Shown: one piece after another, positions 40,042 through 50,069 of the stretch
Layout: every line of letters begins with the position of its first letter
Position numbering within the stretch: position 1 is the stretch's first letter
DNA from: Kiritimatiellia bacterium
GTDB lineage: Bacteria > Verrucomicrobiota > Kiritimatiellia > JAKQHR01
Length of the DNA: 64,000 bases
Direction of reading: 5' to 3'
Assembly (NCBI GenBank): GCA_050178035.1
Contig: JBFXGK010000001.1
Location: forward strand, 128,679-192,678
Program-made: the position numbers and the translations under genes
The notes under the pieces: model-generated
What the model was told of the DNA's origin: nothing
Databases searched by the model: none
What the model saw: the letters and a program-made list of their open reading frames with translations, nothing else

Positions 40042-40130
40042 TTGCCGGATATTTTACAGCGATCGCCCCGAATGTGAAGCAGGAAGCAATAGGATTTGAA
40101 AATCCCGATGCACACCGCTAAGCTGTAACT

Positions 40131-41660
40131 ATGAACTGGACTTCATTCACGGAGCGGTTTCCCGGATCGGCCGTGCCCATGCCCTGGTGGGAGTGGGCAT
40201 CCGTGGCCGGGCTCCTGCATCTGCTCTGCTTCACACTGGTTCTGCTTCATTGTCTTCGGCATCGCCGCGAAGCCCCTGCGACGCTGCTCTGGATTTTTGT
40301 GGCGTGGGGCTTCCCGTTTGTCGGGCCGCTGATTTATCTGGCGCTCGGAATAGACCGGGTGCCCCAGAAGATATTCCGGAAGCGCAGCAAAGATCAGGCG
40401 CTGTGGACGGAGCTCAAGGCGCGCAACGCCGAGACGCTTCCCCTTGCCTATTGGCGCGCCGTGCACGAGTCGGCCGCGGAAATCCCGCACGGGCAGCCGG
40501 GCTACCGGTTTAACCGCGCGGTGAACTCCATTCTTGCCCATCACCCGCTTCTGGACGGGAACCGCATCCGGCCGCTTGTTACCGGCGATGAGGCCTATCC
40601 CAAAATGATGGAGGCTATCCGGTCGGCCGGCCATCACATCCATCTGCAGTGTTTTATCATCAGCAACGATGACACCGGGCGGGCCTTCCTGGATCTGCTG
40701 GCCGAAAAAGCGCGTGAAGGCGTCACCGTTCGCCTGCTCTATGACCGGTTCGGATGCACCAAAGCCGTTTTTTCGGGCTTGTTCCGGAAGTACCGGCGCA
40801 TTCCCAACCTCCACATCGCCGGCTGGACGCTGGCGAATCCTCTCAAGAGGCAGTTCCAAATCAATCTGCGCAACCACCGCAAAAGCCTGATCGTGGACGG
40901 ACGCCTCGCCTTCACGGGCGGAATCAATATCTCCTTGGACAATGTCGCCCGGGACATGCAGCCTGCCATTCGCGACTATCATTTTGAGGTCGTCGGCCCC
41001 ATTGTGCAGGAGCTGCAGTACACCTTCCTGCGCGACTGGTATTTCATTACCGATGAAGACCCAGACAACTTTCTGCAGGAGGTCTATTTCCCTCAGCTCC
41101 CGGCCATTGGCGCCGCGAAAGTGCGGCAGGTGGACAGCGGCCCGTCGCATGTCTCCGAAATCCTGACGGATGTCTATTTTGCGGCCATTGTGTCGGCACG
41201 GAACGAGCTGATGATCGTAACTCCCTATTTCATTCCCAACCGCGACCTGGTGCGCGCGCTGCGCGCGGCGGCCTTGCGCGGCGTCAACGTGCGCCTGGTG
41301 GTTCCCCGGAAGAACAACCACCGCTATGCGGGGCTCGCAGGCCAGGCGCTTTACGAGGAACTGCTGGAAGCCGGAGTACGCATATTCGAGCGCCGGCCGC
41401 CGTTTCTGCATGCGAAAGCCCTCATCGTCGACGATGCGGCCGCGCTGGTGGGCACGGCGAATTTCGACGCCCGCAGTTTCCGTCTCAATTTCGAAAGCAC
41501 CATGGTTGTCTTGGACGAAGCGTTCTGCAATCAGCTGAAGCCCGTCGTGCTCGCCGACCTTGCGGAAAGTGATGAAGTGATCCTGGAGGAATGGCAGAAG
41601 CGCCCCAACCGCCGGAAGATGCTGGAAAATCTCGCGTTCCTGATGATGCCGGGGCTGTAG
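40131..41660 (+). CDS. cls: cardiolipin synthase (phospholipase D family)
   Basis: 509 aa; N-terminal TM helices and two HKD motifs (HRKSLIVDG, HAKALIVDD). Confidence 0.9.
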   Translation: MNWTSFTERFPGSAVPMPWWEWASVAGLLHLLCFTLVLLHCLRHRREAPATLLWIFVAWGFPFVGPLIYLALGIDRVPQKIFRKRSKDQALWTELKARNAETLPLAYWRAVHESAAEIPHGQPGYRFNRAVNSILAHHPLLDGNRIRPLVTGDEAYPKMMEAIRSAGHHIHLQCFIISNDDTGRAFLDLLAEKAREGVTVRLLYDRFGCTKAVFSGLFRKYRRIPNLHIAGWTLANPLKRQFQINLRNHRKSLIVDGRLAFTGGINISLDNVARDMQPAIRDYHFEVVGPIVQELQYTFLRDWYFITDEDPDNFLQEVYFPQLPAIGAAKVRQVDSGPSHVSEILTDVYFAAIVSARNELMIVTPYFIPNRDLVRALRAAALRGVNVRLVVPRKNNHRYAGLAGQALYEELLEAGVRIFERRPPFLHAKALIVDDAAALVGTANFDARSFRLNFESTMVVLDEAFCNQLKPVVLADLAESDEVILEEWQKRPNRRKMLENLAFLMMPGL

Positions 41661-41689
41661 ATTTCTGCTTGTGTCCAGGCCCCAAAGAA

Positions 41690-42199
41690 ATGATGATGAT
41701 TCCCATGCGAGCATTTGTTTACATGTTGATTGCGGCGGCATGCGTGCTTCACGTCCGCGCCGCCGAGCAAATCATAGATGTCGGTATGCCGGAAGCCCGG
41801 GAACATCTCGGCTACGGCTGGGGCGGCGACGAGCGCGGGCGCGGCGGAAGGTTCGCGTGGATCAAGGAACTGGAAGGCGATGTCCGGTTTGATCTGGATG
41901 CCGTCGCAGACACGGAGATCACGATTCGGGCGGTTCCCTATTATGTGGCTGACCGGAAGCAGATCGTGGCGCTTTACATCAACAACCGCTTTGTGAAGGA
42001 ATGGATTTGCACACACACGCGCCAGTGGAACTATGATCCATATACGATCAAGGTTCCGGCAGAAATGCTTCAGCAGGGCCGAAACCAAATGACACTCCGC
42101 ATGGGATACCGCGCGCGCGGAAACAAGCGGTATCACGCGCTGGCGGTTGAATCCATCCTGATCCGTTCCAACGCGCCCGATGAAAAAAAGGACAACTGA
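41690..42199 (+). CDS. secreted hypothetical protein
   Basis: ORF 41591..42199; start set to ATG at 41690 (MMMIPMRAFVYMLIAAACVLHVRAA signal peptide), after cls stop. Confidence 0.5.
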   Translation: MMMIPMRAFVYMLIAAACVLHVRAAEQIIDVGMPEAREHLGYGWGGDERGRGGRFAWIKELEGDVRFDLDAVADTEITIRAVPYYVADRKQIVALYINNRFVKEWICTHTRQWNYDPYTIKVPAEMLQQGRNQMTLRMGYRARGNKRYHALAVESILIRSNAPDEKKDN

Positions 42200-42201
42200 A
42201 C

Positions 42202-42627
42202 ATGGCCGACAGGATATCCATCGAACTTCCGGAACAGTTCCCCTTCACCACGCGTCTTACGGTGCGCATTGGCGACATCAACTACGGCAATCATGTCGGC
42301 AATGACGCCATGCTGCGCCTGATGCAGGATGCGCGTCTCCGGTTCCTGGCCGAACGCGGCTGGAGCGAACTGGATGCGGCCGGCGCCAGTCTCATCATGA
42401 CCGATGCCGCCGTGATCTACAGGTCGCAGGCGCGGTTCGGGGATGAACTCCAGATCGGCGTGGCGGTGCGGGATCTGACGCGCACCGGATTCGCTTTCGT
42501 GTACCGTATTTCGCAGGTCAAGGACGGAGCAGAAGTCGCCCGCGGGCAGACGGGCATGGCCTTTTTTGATTATACCCGCAACCGCGTGGCCCGCATGCCC
42601 GAGGCCTTCCGTCAGGCCTTCGGCTGA
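42202..42627 (+). CDS. acyl-CoA thioesterase, hotdog fold (YbgC/4HBT-like)
   Basis: 141 aa; hotdog thioesterase motifs (DINYGNHVGNDAML, MAFFDY). Confidence 0.75.
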   Translation: MADRISIELPEQFPFTTRLTVRIGDINYGNHVGNDAMLRLMQDARLRFLAERGWSELDAAGASLIMTDAAVIYRSQARFGDELQIGVAVRDLTRTGFAFVYRISQVKDGAEVARGQTGMAFFDYTRNRVARMPEAFRQAFG

Positions 42628-43313
42628 TCCGCTCTGGCTGACTCGCGCTTTTTCCTTGCTTCCATCCAAAGGCGGTGGGCGATGAGCGCAGCAATCAAAA
42701 CCGTCGTGAAAATCACCGGGATTTCGGAATTGATGTTCTCCAGCCAGCCGTAAAGATTGTCGTACGTGTAAAGCCAGCAGACCGCCGCCGACAGGGTCCC
42801 CAGCGTGACCGTCACCATGTTGGTCCACGTTTTGAGTCCGAGCAGATAACCCAGCACGGCGCCCACAACCACGCCGGTCATGAAAAATGGCAGCCACACG
42901 AAAACTAAAATGCCGATGATTTTATATTTCGCAAAGCGGTTGACGTTCTTCTCCGCCGATTCAATGATGCCCTTCATGCGTTCGTCCACGAACCGCCCCT
43001 CGAGCAGGTTGCGGTACGCCAGGATCAGAACGGGGTAAAACAGAAAGACTGTGACGGCATCTATATAGGTGGCAAGGAATATGATCAGGCCGTTGTGCAT
43101 ATCCATCTCCACAGCCTTGGCGATGGCGACCCCGCGGCCGAGGATCAGTTCGGTGAAGCCCATGATGACCCACTGCTCCCACGGGTGCCCGAGACGCCAC
43201 AGGACGGCAACCGCCAGAAGCCATGCGATAAGCATCCAGCTTCCGACGACAAACACGCTGCTCTCCTCCGAGAGCATAATCTGCTGTCTAAAACGTCCCG
43301 GCTGCAGTTTCAT
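42612..43313 (-). CDS. polytopic membrane protein (uncharacterised)
   Basis: 233 aa; about 5-6 predicted TM helices; no confident family assignment. Confidence 0.5.
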   Translation of the reverse strand: MKLQPGRFRQQIMLSEESSVFVVGSWMLIAWLLAVAVLWRLGHPWEQWVIMGFTELILGRGVAIAKAVEMDMHNGLIIFLATYIDAVTVFLFYPVLILAYRNLLEGRFVDERMKGIIESAEKNVNRFAKYKIIGILVFVWLPFFMTGVVVGAVLGYLLGLKTWTNMVTVTLGTLSAAVCWLYTYDNLYGWLENINSEIPVIFTTVLIAALIAHRLWMEARKKRESARADQPKA

Positions 43314-44422
43314 TGCAGACCACTTTCCACATTATATTCCATGGCGGCAAGCAATTTTGCGCCTGCGCTGTTCACAAGATCGTATCCTTCTTTCGAAAAA
43401 CGCGTCGCGTGACGCCTGCCGGTAAATGCATCAATCCAGCACGCGACAAGATTCAGCGAAGGGACCACCAGAAGCACATCGTGCCCCGAATGACCCTGAG
43501 CCAGGAAGGCATCCTCCGGCAGTGCCGGGAGCAGGCGCTGACCCTTCTTATCCTTTCCATTCACCCACCAGGTGTAGCTGTAGCTCCCAAGGTGCCTTTC
43601 CTGATTTGCGCCGGAACCCAGACTGCGCTGGTTTTCGATCATCTCCGTCTCCACCTGTTCCGTGCGCGGGAAATCCGGAGGCAGAGGAGAAGAAACCGCC
43701 TGCACCGCCAGGTCTCGCGGAACAATTTGCTTGCGGCCCCACCGGCCCCTGTTCAGGTACAGAAGCCCGAACCGCGCAAAGTCGCGCACCGAAATCCTCA
43801 GGCGGCCGGGATGCGACCGCTCGTGATGCAGCGTGGCGCCGTCCTGGAATCCAAGCGGTCCGGCCAGATATTTGTCCAGAATATCAATATCTGCGCCGTC
43901 ATACCCCACTTCATGAACATAGAACACCAGCGTATCGGCCAGAAGCGCCGCCTGGTAATCGCTGTAGTTGAACGCCGTGCCGGGCAGCTCCTCCATGCCG
44001 TAGCAGGCCGTCTGTTGCAGCAAATGACGCCAGGTGACTTCCCTGTCCTTGAATCCGAGCGGTTCATTGATGCGCCCCAGATCGGGCTGATGCAAACCGA
44101 CCTTCTCATCCAAATCCCTGATCACGCCCTCCTTGATGGACATATAGACAAAGTGGGCATAGACCGGTTTGCAGGCGGAGGAAACATCCAGCAGATGCGC
44201 ATAATGACCCCACCGCTTCACCACATAACCGTGTCGCACAATAATGCCGTGTCCGCCCACTTCCTTCACAAACTCCGCGAGACGGTCGGGCATAAAACCC
44301 GCGCGTTCCGGCGCGATGTGCTCCCAGTGCTCCCCGGGGAAGACCGGCTTCACCCGCCGATTGTCCGCGCATCCGGCCGAAAACAGAGCCGCGCAGAACA
44401 GGATGTGCAACAAATTCTTCAT
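43310..44422 (-). CDS. lipoprotein, serine hydrolase / beta-lactamase-like
   Basis: 370 aa; lipoprotein signal (LFSAGCADN), SxxK motif (SACK). Confidence 0.55.
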   Translation of the reverse strand: MKNLLHILFCAALFSAGCADNRRVKPVFPGEHWEHIAPERAGFMPDRLAEFVKEVGGHGIIVRHGYVVKRWGHYAHLLDVSSACKPVYAHFVYMSIKEGVIRDLDEKVGLHQPDLGRINEPLGFKDREVTWRHLLQQTACYGMEELPGTAFNYSDYQAALLADTLVFYVHEVGYDGADIDILDKYLAGPLGFQDGATLHHERSHPGRLRISVRDFARFGLLYLNRGRWGRKQIVPRDLAVQAVSSPLPPDFPRTEQVETEMIENQRSLGSGANQERHLGSYSYTWWVNGKDKKGQRLLPALPEDAFLAQGHSGHDVLLVVPSLNLVACWIDAFTGRRHATRFSKEGYDLVNSAGAKLLAAMEYNVESGLQ

Positions 44423-44510
44423 GCCTGCATACTAAACAGCGGCTGGACGCCTGAACAGGGAATAATAAGTCCGAAATTGAATCGCCGCGCGGATTATGTA
44501 TATTCATTGC

Positions 44511-44744
44511 ATGAAAGTAACAGTTAACCATACGGCCCATCTGAAACTGACGGGCATAGAACCGGGCAAGTCGGCGGAGATTGAAACCGGCGCCTCCATC
44601 GCCGATTTACTGCGAAAGTGCGGCGTGCAGGAATCCCATCTGCAGTTTGTGACACCCTATGTCAACGGGAAGGAAGTCCGCATCCATCACGTCCTTCAGG
44701 ACGGCGATGAATTAAAACTTTTCCTTCCGGTCGGCGGAGGCTGA
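44511..44744 (+). CDS. ThiS/MoaD-family sulfur-carrier-like small protein
   Basis: ORF 44496..44744; from MKVTVNH, 77 aa, ends in ...LFLPVGGG (C-terminal Gly-Gly). Confidence 0.6.
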   Translation: MKVTVNHTAHLKLTGIEPGKSAEIETGASIADLLRKCGVQESHLQFVTPYVNGKEVRIHHVLQDGDELKLFLPVGGG

Positions 44745-44747
44745 AAC

Positions 44748-44793
44748 TTCCAATCATTGGAAGTATTATAACGAATAGTTCCAGGGATTGGAA
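44748..44793. promoter_or_regulatory. two 7-1-7 palindromes, 31-bp centre spacing, 63-108 bp upstream of iorA
   Basis: TTCCAATCATTGGAA 44748-44762; TTCCAGGGATTGGAA 44779-44793 (degenerate left half). Confidence 0.5.
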
Positions 44794-44855
44794 CTTTTAC
44801 AAAGGCCTGCCTCCTTGCATAAATTCTTTCATTTGTTAAAGTCGGCCATTCTTGT

Positions 44856-46631
44856 TTGCGGCAGGATATGAAACCGACAAAAACACTGATGCTGGGAAAT
44901 GAAGCGATTGCGCGCGGCGCCTGGGAAGCCGGCGTGCGCGTGGCCACGGCCTATCCCGGCACTCCCAGCACCGAAGTCACCGAACACATCGCGCAGTACA
45001 AGGAAATAGATTCCGAGTGGTCGGTGAATGAAAAAGTCGCACTGGAAGTAGCGATTGGCGCTTCCGTGGCCGGCGCGCGCGCAGTCTGCACGATGAAGCA
45101 CGTTGGCCTCAATGTGGCCATGGATCCCCTGCTCTCGATTTCTTATCCCGGCGTCAATGCGGGGCTGGTGGTCGTGGTGGCGGACGACCCCGGACAGCAC
45201 AGTTCCCAGAACGAGCAGGACACCCGCTATTTCGGCATGGCCGGAAAGCTGCCGGTGCTCGAACCGTCCGACAGCCGCGAGTGCCGCGATTTCATGATCC
45301 GCGCGTTTGAAATCAGCGAGAAATTTGACACCCCTGTGATCGTTCGCACAACCACGCGCGTGGCCCACGCCTATGGTCTCGTGGATCATGGCGAGCGCGC
45401 TGACGTTCCGCTGCGCGAGTACGACAGCCGATTCGGGAAATACATGGTCGCGCCCGCATTCTCGCGCAAGCGCCGCGTGGTGGCCGAGGAGCGTCTTGGG
45501 AAACTGCGCGGGTTCGCGGAAACCACCGACTTGAATGTTTATGAGGAAGGCCGGTCTGATACCTGCATCGTCACCGGGAGCATTGCTTATCAGTACTGCA
45601 AGGAAGTCATGCCCGAGGCCGGTTTCTGCAAACTGGGGCTTTCGTATCCCCTGCCCGAAAAGAAGCTGAAAGATTTCTGCAGACGGTACCAGCAGGTTTT
45701 CGTTGTTGAGGAACTGGAACCCATTTTCGAAAACCACCTGAAGACGCTCGGAATCCCAGTGATTGGAAAAGATAAAGTTCCAATCATTGGAGAATTGAGC
45801 ACGGAGATCGTCCGAAAGGCGCTGACCGGGATTGCTCCGAAGCCGGCAGCATCCCAATTTGAAAACCTTCCTGTTCGTCCTCCGGTGCTCTGCCCCGGAT
45901 GCCATCACCGCGGACCGTTCTATGTGATGAAGAAACTCAAGCTGAAAGTGGCCGGCGACATCGGATGCTACACGCTGACCGCCTCGCCGCCGCTGAGCAT
46001 CATGGACACCGCGATCTGCATGGGCGCGGGCATCGGCATGGCCTTCGGCATGCAGAAGGCGCGCGGAAAGGATTTCGCGGGAAAATCTATCGCGGTCATC
46101 GGCGACTCGACCTTCTGGCATTCCGGCATGACCGGCCTCCTGGACATTGTCTATAACCGCGGCATCACCACGGTTGTCATTTTGGACAACAGCATCACCG
46201 CGATGACCGGGCATCAGGAGAATCCATCCAGCGGCAGGACTCTCAGCGGAGAAACCGTGCCTGCGATCAGCTTTGCGGATTTTGCAAAATCCATCGGCAT
46301 CAGGCATGTGCGCGAAGTGGATGCCTTCAACCTGAAGGAACTCGAAACAGTCATGCGCGAGGAACTGGCGCGCGAGGAGCCGTCGGTGATCATCACCAAA
46401 CGCATCTGCATCCTGCACCCGTGTGCGGTCAGGCATTTCCCGCTGAAGGTGAATCCGGATCTCTGCAAGAGCTGCATGAAATGCCTTTCGATCGGATGCC
46501 CCGCCATTTCCTTCGACGGCGACAAGGTGAAGATTGATCAGGTGCTTTGCGTGGGATGCGAACTGTGCGCGGGCATATGCCCGTTCCATGCGATTGAAAA
46601 GCAGCCCAAACCCGACGGAGGCGAATCTTGA
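44856..46631 (+). CDS. iorA: indolepyruvate ferredoxin oxidoreductase subunit alpha
   Basis: 591 aa; TPP-binding and 4Fe-4S ferredoxin motifs (CKSCMKC...CPAISF, CVGCELCAGICP). Confidence 0.95.
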   Translation: MRQDMKPTKTLMLGNEAIARGAWEAGVRVATAYPGTPSTEVTEHIAQYKEIDSEWSVNEKVALEVAIGASVAGARAVCTMKHVGLNVAMDPLLSISYPGVNAGLVVVVADDPGQHSSQNEQDTRYFGMAGKLPVLEPSDSRECRDFMIRAFEISEKFDTPVIVRTTTRVAHAYGLVDHGERADVPLREYDSRFGKYMVAPAFSRKRRVVAEERLGKLRGFAETTDLNVYEEGRSDTCIVTGSIAYQYCKEVMPEAGFCKLGLSYPLPEKKLKDFCRRYQQVFVVEELEPIFENHLKTLGIPVIGKDKVPIIGELSTEIVRKALTGIAPKPAASQFENLPVRPPVLCPGCHHRGPFYVMKKLKLKVAGDIGCYTLTASPPLSIMDTAICMGAGIGMAFGMQKARGKDFAGKSIAVIGDSTFWHSGMTGLLDIVYNRGITTVVILDNSITAMTGHQENPSSGRTLSGETVPAISFADFAKSIGIRHVREVDAFNLKELETVMREELAREEPSVIITKRICILHPCAVRHFPLKVNPDLCKSCMKCLSIGCPAISFDGDKVKIDQVLCVGCELCAGICPFHAIEKQPKPDGGES

Positions 46632-47227
46632 AGTCCGCGACCAACATCCTGATTGCCGCCGTAGGCGGACAGGGCGCGCTGCTGGCTTCGAAGATTCTGG
46701 GAGCCTGCGCGACCGCGCGCGGCGACGATGTGAAGATGTCGGAAATCCACGGCATGGCCCAGCGCGGCGGAAGCGTGGTGACCCATGTGCGGTTCGGGCA
46801 GAAGGTTTTTTCGCCGACCATCGAACAGGGAACTGCGGATGTGCTGCTGGCCTTTGAGATGCTGGAAGCGGCACGTTACGCAACGATGTTGAAAGCCGGC
46901 GGGACCGTGATTTTGAACACGCAGGCCATCGCGCCGCTCCCGGTGCTCACCAACGAAATGCCCTACCCCGCCGATATCATCGGCCGTTTGCAGAAAATGG
47001 ATCTCCGGGTGTGGCACGTGGATGCCCTCGACCTTGCGCGAAAGGCCGGCCATGTCAAAACCGTGAACACCGTCCTCATCGGCATGTATGCGCGGATGGA
47101 CGGCGGATCCGCCGAACCATGGCTGAAGGTGCTTTCAGAAAATCTGCCCGAACGGCTTTTTAAAGTGAACCAGGCCGCCTTCATGGCCGGTTATGAAATC
47201 AGTCCTCCGTGGACAAAGCAGGAGTAA
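46628..47227 (+). CDS. iorB: indolepyruvate oxidoreductase subunit beta
   Basis: 199 aa; IAAVGGQGALLASKIL motif; TTG start overlapping iorA stop. Confidence 0.9.
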   Translation: MKSATNILIAAVGGQGALLASKILGACATARGDDVKMSEIHGMAQRGGSVVTHVRFGQKVFSPTIEQGTADVLLAFEMLEAARYATMLKAGGTVILNTQAIAPLPVLTNEMPYPADIIGRLQKMDLRVWHVDALDLARKAGHVKTVNTVLIGMYARMDGGSAEPWLKVLSENLPERLFKVNQAAFMAGYEISPPWTKQE

Positions 47228-47230
47228 TCC

Positions 47231-48532
47231 GTGATCTGGAATAGAATCTTTGAATGCATGTCCCGCAATGAATTAACCGCATGGCAGACCAAGCGCCTGA
47301 AGGAGACTGTAGAGCGGGTCTATGAAAAAGTTCCCTTCTACCGTCGCAAGATGGATGAGCTGGGCATCAAGCCGAAGGATATTAAAAGCCTTGAGGATAT
47401 CCGGCATCTGCCCATGACCACCAAGCAGGATCTGCGCGACAACTATCCCTTTGGGATGTTCTCCTCGCCCATGTCCGAAATCATCCGCCTGCACGCCTCG
47501 TCGGGCACAACCGGTAAACCCACCGTAGTCGGCTATGCGCGGGAGGACATTGATCTGTGGGCCGACGTCATGGCGCGCACGCTCTGCAGCGCGGGCGCGA
47601 CGGAACACGATATCATCCAGATTGCCTACGGCTACGGCCTTTTCACCGGTGGGCTTGGCGTGCACTACGGGGCGGAAAAGCTCGGTGCAACGGCCATCCC
47701 GGTTTCGGGCGGCAACACCCAGCGGCAGATTCAGATTCTGCAGGATTTCGGGCCCACGCTGCTTGCCTGCACCCCGTCCTATTCCCTTTTCCTCGCGGAA
47801 GCGCTCGCGGAGCGCAATATTCATCCGGGCGATCTCAAGCTCAAGGCCGCCGTGCTGGGCGCGGAGCCGTGGACCGAGAACATGCGCACCGCCATTGAAA
47901 AGAATCTTGGCGTCAAGGCCATTGATATTTACGGCCTCAGCGAAATCATCGGCCCCGGAGTGGCCTATGAATGCATGGAGCAGAATGGCCTGCACATCAA
48001 CGAGGATCATTTCTATCCCGAGATCATAGATCCTTCCACGCTGAAGGTTCTTGAGCCGGGGCAGCACGGCGAACTGGTCTTCACCACGATCACGAAGCAG
48101 GGAATGCCGCTCCTGCGCTACCGCACGCGCGACCTGACCAGCCTGATTACGGAAACCTGCCCTTGCGGGCGCACCACCGTCCGCATGCACAAGTGCCAGG
48201 GCCGCAGCGACGACATGCTCATCATCCGCGGCGTGAACGTATTCCCGTCGCAGATCGAAAGTGTTCTGCTGGAAATGGACGGAACGCGCCCGCACTACCT
48301 GCTCATCATTGACCGCGTGAACAATCTCGATCAGCTCACGCTCCAGGTTGAGGTGGACGCGCAGTTCTTCTCGGACGAGATCAAGCAGCTCGAGGCGCTG
48401 AGCAGGCGCATCAAGCACAATGTGGAAAGCACGCTGGGCCTGTCGGTGAACGTAAGACTGGTGGAGCCGCAGACCATCGAACGAAGCGAGGGCAAGGCCA
48501 AACGCGTGATAGACAACCGCAAACTTTCATAA
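47231..48532 (+). CDS. paaK: phenylacetate--CoA ligase family protein
   Basis: 433 aa; [14 protein letters not shown]-binding motif and PaaK-type N-terminal domain. Confidence 0.9.
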   Translation: MIWNRIFECMSRNELTAWQTKRLKETVERVYEKVPFYRRKMDELGIKPKDIKSLEDIRHLPMTTKQDLRDNYPFGMFSSPMSEIIRLHASSGTTGKPTVVGYAREDIDLWADVMARTLCSAGATEHDIIQIAYGYGLFTGGLGVHYGAEKLGATAIPVSGGNTQRQIQILQDFGPTLLACTPSYSLFLAEALAERNIHPGDLKLKAAVLGAEPWTENMRTAIEKNLGVKAIDIYGLSEIIGPGVAYECMEQNGLHINEDHFYPEIIDPSTLKVLEPGQHGELVFTTITKQGMPLLRYRTRDLTSLITETCPCGRTTVRMHKCQGRSDDMLIIRGVNVFPSQIESVLLEMDGTRPHYLLIIDRVNNLDQLTLQVEVDAQFFSDEIKQLEALSRRIKHNVESTLGLSVNVRLVEPQTIERSEGKAKRVIDNRKLS

Positions 48533-48544
48533 GGAGGATTCGCC

Positions 48545-48970
48545 ATGATCATTCAGCAGGTTTCAATATTTCTTGAAAACAAATCCGGGCGGCTGGTGGA
48601 AGTCACCGGGGCTTTGGCTGAAGCCGGCGTCAACATCTCCGCGCTGAGTATTGCGGAGACGTCTGACTATGGCGTGCTTCGCTGCGTCGTATCGCATCCC
48701 CAGAAGGCCATGGATCTTCTCAAGGCCAAACACTTCTCGGCCCGCCTGACGGATGTCATCTGCATGGCGACGCCCAACCAGCCGGGAGCACTGCACCGCT
48801 GCCTGAAAATACTCGCTGATGCCAATATCAGTGTGGAATACATGTATGCCTTCGCCATCGGCGACCGCGCGCTGGTCGTCATCCGCACCGACAACATCAA
48901 GGAAACCATCAGTGTCCTTCAGCACCACAAAGTGGACCTGCTGAAATCGAGCGAACTGTATCAGGTGTGA
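48545..48970 (+). CDS. ACT domain-containing protein
   Basis: 141 aa; two ACT-like segments; commonly follows paaK-like ligases in anaerobes. Confidence 0.8.
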   Translation: MIIQQVSIFLENKSGRLVEVTGALAEAGVNISALSIAETSDYGVLRCVVSHPQKAMDLLKAKHFSARLTDVICMATPNQPGALHRCLKILADANISVEYMYAFAIGDRALVVIRTDNIKETISVLQHHKVDLLKSSELYQV

Positions 48971-49070
48971 GCAGTTTTTGGCGCCTGGGGAGCCATGGCC
49001 ATACGACGAGCCATGATGATTAGGCCTTTTGTCTGTCTTTAGCGGGAGGGCGTAGTGTATATAGAAATTC

Positions 49071-50063
49071 ATGCGCAGGATGACTGTCATCTTGGTTCTG
49101 GCGGCGGCCGTTTGGATGCCGGCGGCTGATGGCCGGGATTACCTTGTTTTCGATGTGGTCGGCGACAGCATTTCCGCGGGGGTGAATCCGGAGTGCGGAA
49201 CCTATGGCTGGGTCCACATGCTGTTTGGACAAACGAACTGCGGGCAGGCGCTTAATTCCCAAACCCTCACAAACCTCTGGCCCGGCATCACTGCTTACAA
49301 CAGCGCCGTTTCTGGCTCCACCGCGAGGCAGTGGGCATGGGCGGCGCCTTCTTATCTGCAGACTGTCTCCAACCACCATCCCGATCTTGTCGTGGTTTTC
49401 ATCGGCGGAAATGACGGACTCGGCTATGCGTGCGACGGTTTCTATTCACCGCAGGAACAGGGAGAGTTTCGAACCAACCTGACGCTGATCCTGCAAAAGC
49501 TCCACAGTTTCTGCCCCGCGCCGGAAATCATCGTCGCAAACTACTACGACCTCTTCGACGGCTTCAGCAGCAGCCTTCCCCCGCTCTACGCGGCCTATAC
49601 CAATCTTTCCGCCGCTGTGCGCGAGGGAAACCGCATGATTGAAGAGATTGCATTCAGCAACGGATGCTTCCATGTGGACGTTCATTCAGAGTTCATGCAC
49701 CACTGCTATGGCGCGGAACTGGGTGACACGAACCATCTCTCCCCCGCCTACGTGCGCACGCCGCTCTCGGCATTCGACATTCATCCCGTGACTGCGGGCC
49801 ACAATACGATCCGAGAACTGATATTCGAACGGCTCACAGAGCTGCATCGGATTCCCGAGTTCACGGCGGCTTCCGCCGGGATCAGCACCATCAGCCTCCA
49901 ATGGAGGAGCGGCATCGGCCAGAGCTATGTGGTTGAACGCTCAACGAATTTGACCGGAGCATTCATCGGAGTGGCCACCAACATCGCCACGCCGCCGGCC
50001 AATGTGTTCAACGAGGACATCGGGGAAATCAACCGCGCATTCTATCGCATCAGGGTTGAATAG
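49071..50063 (+). CDS. secreted SGNH/GDSL-family hydrolase
   Basis: 330 aa; signal peptide, GDSIS block, GGNDG block, DxxH catalytic motif region. Confidence 0.75.
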   Translation: MRRMTVILVLAAAVWMPAADGRDYLVFDVVGDSISAGVNPECGTYGWVHMLFGQTNCGQALNSQTLTNLWPGITAYNSAVSGSTARQWAWAAPSYLQTVSNHHPDLVVVFIGGNDGLGYACDGFYSPQEQGEFRTNLTLILQKLHSFCPAPEIIVANYYDLFDGFSSSLPPLYAAYTNLSAAVREGNRMIEEIAFSNGCFHVDVHSEFMHHCYGAELGDTNHLSPAYVRTPLSAFDIHPVTAGHNTIRELIFERLTELHRIPEFTAASAGISTISLQWRSGIGQSYVVERSTNLTGAFIGVATNIATPPANVFNEDIGEINRAFYRIRVE

Positions 50064-50069
50064 CCGTCA

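Noticed and set aside
40143-41741. 532-aa minus-strand ORF
   Set aside because: Antisense to cardiolipin synthase, which has both HKD motifs on the + strand.
45754-45792. Intragenic copies of the palindrome inside iorA as an independent operator
   Set aside because: Not rejected outright but down-weighted: both copies are degenerate, are spaced 24 rather than 31 bp, and encode a repeated PxIG peptide in frame, so a coding-sequence coincidence is plausible.
44829-46883. 684-aa minus-strand ORF
   Set aside because: Antisense to iorA/iorB.
47273-48418. 381-aa minus-strand ORF
   Set aside because: Antisense to paaK.
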